Below the pieces are notes generated by a model. That model had not been told where the DNA came from and did no database searches. It was given only the letters and a program-made list of their open reading frames with translations. Below, one piece after another: positions 44,584 through 48,908 of a stretch of 48,908 bases of DNA (position 1 is its first letter; every line of letters begins with the position of its first letter). The DNA comes from a virus (taxonomy: Duplodnaviria; Heunggongvirae; Uroviricota; Caudoviricetes), in the IMG/VR virus record IMGVR_UViG_3300028454_000679. One strand, 5' to 3'. The position numbers and the translations under genes were made by a program.

Positions 44584-46929
44584 CTATTCAGTCTCTGTGC
44601 TGTCTGATTCAGAGTCATCATCTGACTCCTCAGTCTCCTCTGTGTCCTCAGAAGTAGAGTCATCAGTTGTTTCTTCCTCTTCAGGTGTATCCTCCTCAAG
44701 CTGTATAGTTCCTGTGTCATCATCCTCTTGCTCTTCAGGCTCTGGCTTAGGTTTATTCACATCCTTGTCCTTGTCCTTCTCAGTGTTCTTGTCATCCTTG
44801 TCGTCCTTGTTATCTTCTAGTTCCTTAGAGGAACTAGAAGAACTGGAAGAATTGGATGATGGAGAAGGGCTTGGGTTAATCTTGACATTCTGAGTAGAAT
44901 GAGTAGGCTCAGAAACGTAACCTGTCTCGCCAACATGAGAAATATCAACGGTCTCATGTGTAGATACTTTACTGTTAATTGCGTAAAGATTAAATGCCTC
45001 TTCTGCTATCGTCTGACACAGATACTCCTGAGTGTCCTGCCAGATAAATTTAGGATAGGTTGCTCCACTAAGTCCTTGAGTCTTCCGACCACTGTCACTA
45101 CCTACGTAAACTGCAACAGAGTACCTAGGCGTGTAACCGCAGAACCAAGCACACTTGTAATCATTGGTAGTACCAGTCTTACACGCAAAGGAAGTCTTAC
45201 TTGAAAGTACAAGTCCCCTTGCAGTACCATTAACGGCAACCCCTTGTAGAATATCTGTCATATACTGTGCAGACTTTTCAGTGTAAACACGCTCTAATTG
45301 GCAACTCTTGTAAATACTTGTGCCTGAACTGTCCAAAATATCTACAATACAAGTAGCTTCAGTAAAGAGACCGTTGTTAGCCAATGTTGAGTAAGCTGCA
45401 GCCATTTCCGTAGTGTTCACACCATGTGTAAATCCACCTAATGCAGATGCTAGATTATAATCCGAAGCGGTAATATGACTAAAATGCATCTTCTCCAGAT
45501 ACTTCATACTACGCTTTACTCCAGTTTGATTAAACACATTCCATGCTACAGCGTTCTTACTTTTCTCAACAGCTGTTCTAAGCGTAATAGAGCCACTGTA
45601 CTGACCATCCGCATTCCTTGGACCATCCTTCACCTTTACATCACTAACCACAGAGTTAGGGCGCATACCTAGCTCGATAGCAGGTGTGTAAACAAGAATA
45701 GGCTTAATGGTAGACCCAGGCTGTAAGTATGACTGGTACGCACGATTGAAACTGTAAAAGTCAGCCTTGTTAGAACGACCACCAACACACGCTACAACCT
45801 TGTGAGACTGATTGTCGACAACAGTTACAGCGCCTTGCATATCATACTGACCATCTTTTGCTTTTTTCTTAAACTCTTTTAATTCTATATCAACATAGGA
45901 TTGTACCTCTTTTTGTACATTCCTATTTATACTCGTTTTAATTGTGTAAGACTGTTTATGTAAAACACTCTCACACTCAGAATACTTCTTATGAAAATGC
46001 TTGTAGTAACTCTCGTACTCTTTATCAGAGTCAAAGCTATACTTAAAATTAAAGCCAGAATTTCGCATAAGTTCCAATACAGCACAATGCACTGCATAAG
46101 ACACCTCGTAGTCATACTTACGTTTCTGCATTTTAGAAATCACAGGCTTCTCATTCAACGCTTGGCAGTACTCTCGTGACCCTATAAATCCACACTCATA
46201 CATTTCATGCAGGATAACGTCTTTTCGTTTTAGAGCATTTTCGTAATTTGTAATTGGATTATAGAGCGTTGGGTTATTAGGCACACCAACCAACAATGCA
46301 ATCTCAGCTAAAGAACAGTTACGTAAAGGCTTATGGTAGTACGACATAGATGCAGACCCTATACCAATATTTAAATTAGCATAGTTAATATTATTGACGT
46401 AATATTCAAGAATCTGCTCCTTACTGTACTTCTTCTCTAAAAGCTGAGCTATAAGAATCTCTTTAGCCTTACGCTCATATGAACGTTCGAAAGACAAGTA
46501 TGTATTCTTTACAAGCTGTTGTGTAATAGTAGAGCCACCACGAGAGCTGTTACCATGTGTCAACACTTCCTCCATTGCAGCTTTAGCAGTTGATTTCCAG
46601 TTAACACCCTTATGCTTGAAGAAAGAATTATCCTCTATTGCTATCGTTGCATTTATAACATCCTTAGGTAACTGTTGATAAGTCAAATACATAGAACTTG
46701 CATCGGAAGAGAGCGTTGCTAATTCTGTTCCGTCTGAGGCATAAACCTTAGACTGACCATCCCTTGCAAAATCAAGAGGTGATGAGTGAAGCACAACATC
46801 TTTTGCTTCTGCTAAATACTTTTGGTATATTGCGTAATACCTGTCAGCCAGTTCGGAGCCAAAGCTGACTCCGAAAACTGCACCGACAAGTAAACACAGT
46901 ACAACCAAGACACTAATTAACCGTTTCAT
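44584..46929 (-). CDS. ponA: Class A bifunctional penicillin-binding protein (PBP1A-like), with Ser/acidic tail
   Basis: N-terminal TM; glycosyltransferase AIEDNSFFKH, GGSTITQQLVKN, RKAKE; transpeptidase GSTIK (SxxK), KSKN (SxN), KTGT. Confidence 0.93.
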   Translation of the reverse strand: MKRLISVLVVLCLLVGAVFGVSFGSELADRYYAIYQKYLAEAKDVVLHSSPLDFARDGQSKVYASDGTELATLSSDASSMYLTYQQLPKDVINATIAIEDNSFFKHKGVNWKSTAKAAMEEVLTHGNSSRGGSTITQQLVKNTYLSFERSYERKAKEILIAQLLEKKYSKEQILEYYVNNINYANLNIGIGSASMSYYHKPLRNCSLAEIALLVGVPNNPTLYNPITNYENALKRKDVILHEMYECGFIGSREYCQALNEKPVISKMQKRKYDYEVSYAVHCAVLELMRNSGFNFKYSFDSDKEYESYYKHFHKKYSECESVLHKQSYTIKTSINRNVQKEVQSYVDIELKEFKKKAKDGQYDMQGAVTVVDNQSHKVVACVGGRSNKADFYSFNRAYQSYLQPGSTIKPILVYTPAIELGMRPNSVVSDVKVKDGPRNADGQYSGSITLRTAVEKSKNAVAWNVFNQTGVKRSMKYLEKMHFSHITASDYNLASALGGFTHGVNTTEMAAAYSTLANNGLFTEATCIVDILDSSGTSIYKSCQLERVYTEKSAQYMTDILQGVAVNGTARGLVLSSKTSFACKTGTTNDYKCAWFCGYTPRYSVAVYVGSDSGRKTQGLSGATYPKFIWQDTQEYLCQTIAEEAFNLYAINSKVSTHETVDISHVGETGYVSEPTHSTQNVKINPSPSPSSNSSSSSSSSKELEDNKDDKDDKNTEKDKDKDVNKPKPEPEEQEDDDTGTIQLEEDTPEEEETTDDSTSEDTEETEESDDDSESDSTETE

Positions 46930-48415
46930 TGCGGATTATCGTCCCCTTAAATACAGGTAACTTTACAGGCAGGTAAGAAAGTGGTGACAATGACTTAACT
47001 TTCATTCTAACACCTGCGAATGCTTCGTTACTGTTGAAGTAATGCTTTCCAGAAAATTGCACATGCATCTTATCCTCTAACTCTCCGATAGAAGATACTG
47101 ACAGTATATGACCTTCCGGAATAGATACTCGTAAACCGAAATCAATCTCCACCTCGGCACCCCTTGGAATCTTGTACTCAAAGGACCTATTCATTTTGAT
47201 AGCATGACCCTTATAGTACACCTTGTAAATTGGTAAGGTGAAGTCGTATACACCTGCCTTCTCAATTCTTCCTAAATGATCATCATACAACTCCAGTTTC
47301 AATTCCTCCTCTGAGAGGCATTTACTGCTTGCACGAGTTGGGTACTCATTATGAAGATTAGTGAGCATAGTGAAAACTGTCTGGGTTTCCTGCTCAGGTA
47401 GTGGTGTTGATTCAGGTTCACACTCTTCTAGTGGGTCTGTCTCTGATAGCTGCTCCGATTCTGTCTCCGGAAGTGGCTCTGTAGAAGGCTCTACGGAAGG
47501 TTCTGAAGAAGTTTCCAAAGGAGGCTCTTCAGGTGACTCCGGTTCAGGAAGTGGTTCTAATTCTGCAAACTCATTGATGGAACCTACCTGTTTTGTCACC
47601 TCTATAGTAACATCAGGCTCTTCTACCTTTGCCGCTTCCTGCACAGCACTGGTATCTGCTGTACCTTCAATAAGAGACTTGATAAAAACATCCTCCTCAC
47701 TCTCTTCAAACATGGAAGTGTCAACATCCTCAGTAGTGACAAGATTGTCTAAATCCATTGAGGTATTCATATCCTGCAAGAATCCCAACTCCATTCCCGT
47801 AGAACCAATAGATGCAATAAAATCATCCTCAGTGGTAATAGGAGCAACTTCCTTTACTCTCCTATGACGAATCTGATGCTCAGCTAAGTTATTGTCAAAC
47901 TCAAAATCATTGGACTGCTGAGGTTCTTCTTGAACTTCCAAGTCAAGGTTGGGTAAATCAAGGTTGGAGGCTAATACATCGTTGACTACATCCTCAGCTG
48001 CTGGTACATCATGTAATGCCTCAATATCCTTACCACGTCTTCCACGTACTGGGCGTTCCTTCTTTTGACGCTCCGGTCTGGTTGGTCTTTCTTTCTTTGC
48101 ACGCTCTGATCTTGCTGGACGCTCTTTCCGAGACCGTTTAGTTTTCTTTTCTTCTTGTGTGCTAGATTCTTCAGGTGCAGTAGATTCCTCAACTGTGTCA
48201 TCTACTGTAGCTTCCTGTTCACGCTTTGGTCTAGCACTACGTGTTGGTCTCTCCTTGCGAGCTGACTTTTCTTTCTTACTACCAAACAAACCCTTTTTAG
48301 CTGTGCCCTTGTCCTCTTCCATTACTGGAGCTTCTGTAACTTCATTAGTCTCTTCGGAATTACCAAGACTCCGTCTCTTTCTTGGTAATTCATTCTTATT
48401 ACCTTTTAAATTCAT
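46913..48415 (-). CDS. Long disordered basic/acidic protein with C-terminal degenerate dUTPase-like domain (500 aa)
   Basis: AGVYDF resembles motif 1 AGYDL; IPRGAEVEIDFGLRVSIPEG resembles IPPG...VPTGIAIAIPEG; motif 2 RSG and motif 3 IDxDY are absent. Confidence 0.55.
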   Translation of the reverse strand: MNLKGNKNELPRKRRSLGNSEETNEVTEAPVMEEDKGTAKKGLFGSKKEKSARKERPTRSARPKREQEATVDDTVEESTAPEESSTQEEKKTKRSRKERPARSERAKKERPTRPERQKKERPVRGRRGKDIEALHDVPAAEDVVNDVLASNLDLPNLDLEVQEEPQQSNDFEFDNNLAEHQIRHRRVKEVAPITTEDDFIASIGSTGMELGFLQDMNTSMDLDNLVTTEDVDTSMFEESEEDVFIKSLIEGTADTSAVQEAAKVEEPDVTIEVTKQVGSINEFAELEPLPEPESPEEPPLETSSEPSVEPSTEPLPETESEQLSETDPLEECEPESTPLPEQETQTVFTMLTNLHNEYPTRASSKCLSEEELKLELYDDHLGRIEKAGVYDFTLPIYKVYYKGHAIKMNRSFEYKIPRGAEVEIDFGLRVSIPEGHILSVSSIGELEDKMHVQFSGKHYFNSNEAFAGVRMKVKSLSPLSYLPVKLPVFKGTIIRNETVN

Positions 48416-48639
48416 TTACTAAATCTCCTACAATACTTTATTGCTAATAAATCAGGTGTACCATTTTTCAAAAGAACCATTTCCTTGCCCCTAAACTTAG
48501 CGGAAATAGTTTTACTCTCTGAGAAGTTTCTAGCTCTCTCTAAACTGATGGATGGTAGTACTATACCATCCGTGCAGAGAATTGGTTGGTTCTGATAAAT
48601 CCAATTCTGAAAAATTCCCATAGCCTCTGTTATTTCCAT
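48412..48639 (-). CDS. Small hypothetical protein (75 aa)
   Basis: SD GGAGGT; TAATG overlap upstream. Confidence 0.7.
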   Translation of the reverse strand: MEITEAMGIFQNWIYQNQPILCTDGIVLPSISLERARNFSESKTISAKFRGKEMVLLKNGTPDLLAIKYCRRFSK

Positions 48640-48908
48640 TACTTTGTCACCTCCACTTTATAAAGTGAACCATCACACTCAACCACAAGTCCACCTTGGG
48701 ATTCTGTAACAGCGTAGGAATCATTGCCTACACTTACGAGATATCCTTCACTGTCCAAAGTTACTGTAACAGGCTCACTGTAATGATTTATGCCCTCTTC
48801 AACATATGCAGTGTCTCCATTGAAAGTAATAGTCTTCTCATCCCCAACAGCAACCTTTAAACCATTAAGGTAAGTTGCAACATCAACCTCAGTAAAAGAA
48901 TGCTGTAA
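48639..48908 (-). CDS. C-terminal part of an ORF entering from beyond the window (beta-rich)
   Basis: Not in the track; frame open from the edge: LQHSFTEVDVATYLNGLKVAVGDEKTITFNG...SLYKVEVTK*; its TAA overlaps the next ATG. Confidence 0.7.
   Translation of the reverse strand, partial: LQHSFTEVDVATYLNGLKVAVGDEKTITFNGDTAYVEEGINHYSEPVTVTLDSEGYLVSVGNDSYAVTESQGGLVVECDGSLYKVEVTK

Larger units (their letters stand above)
1..48908 (-). mobile_element. Segment of a jumbo phage or giant extrachromosomal element (replication/transcription module), probable Bacillota host
   Basis: Single-strand, overlap-coupled gene array with many hypotheticals; own divergent RNAP, ligase, polymerases and clamp-loader subunit; no rRNA, tRNA or ribosomal-protein genes near the rpoBC homologue; strong GGAGG SD sites. 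No virion genes in the window. Confidence 0.8.

Noticed and set aside
44597-44893. Plus-strand Ser-rich ORFs (also 47361-47867 and 34303-34650)
   Set aside because: Antisense shadows of low-complexity Glu/Asp/Pro coding tracts on the minus strand; no SD, and they lie inside well-supported genes.
375-48422. The other short plus-strand and nested minus-strand ORFs in the track
   Set aside because: All lie inside longer, motif-bearing or SD-supported minus-strand genes and show no motifs.
1-48908. Stop-codon reassignment (TAG=Gln or TGA=Trp) as in Lak or some crAss phages
   Set aside because: Code 11 already gives near-complete coding density, and TAG and TGA stops fall right at the next gene's SD or start.

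Overview
A gene-dense, AT-rich 48.9 kb segment in which essentially all real genes lie on the minus strand. They are tightly packed (ATGA/TAATG overlaps, Bacillota-type GGAGG Shine-Dalgarno sites) and read in the standard genetic code. There are no rRNA, tRNA, ribosomal-protein or ordinary metabolic genes, and about half the ORFs are unrecognisable. The best reading is the replication/transcription core of a jumbo phage or giant extrachromosomal element of a Bacillota (probably clostridial) host. No capsid, terminase or tail gene is visible, so phage versus megaplasmid cannot be decided here. Recognisable parts: (1) a 2459-aa single-chain beta-beta' RNA polymerase with intact NADFDGD but a remodelled trigger loop, no beta flap-tip helix and no beta' N-terminal zinc ribbon; (2) an NAD-dependent DNA ligase split into two genes about 16 kb apart; (3) three family A polymerase paralogues: a full exo+ enzyme with a DnaE-like C-terminal tail, an exo-less enzyme whose steric-gate motif reads DFAQSDFR, and a probable dead palm fragment; (4) a clamp-loader delta-like protein, a DEDDh exonuclease, NERD and HNH nucleases and a possible primase at the left edge; (5) a type VII secretion-like module (two WXG100-like ~100-aa genes with their own promoter motif and terminator, plus EssC/EccC-like FtsK ATPase genes); (6) an intact class A penicillin-binding protein, an ATT-initiated lipoprotein and many membrane proteins; (7) several pseudo-enzymes (YhaM-like, dUTPase-like, GGDEF-like). 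All family assignments come from motif recognition by eye and were not confirmed by database search.
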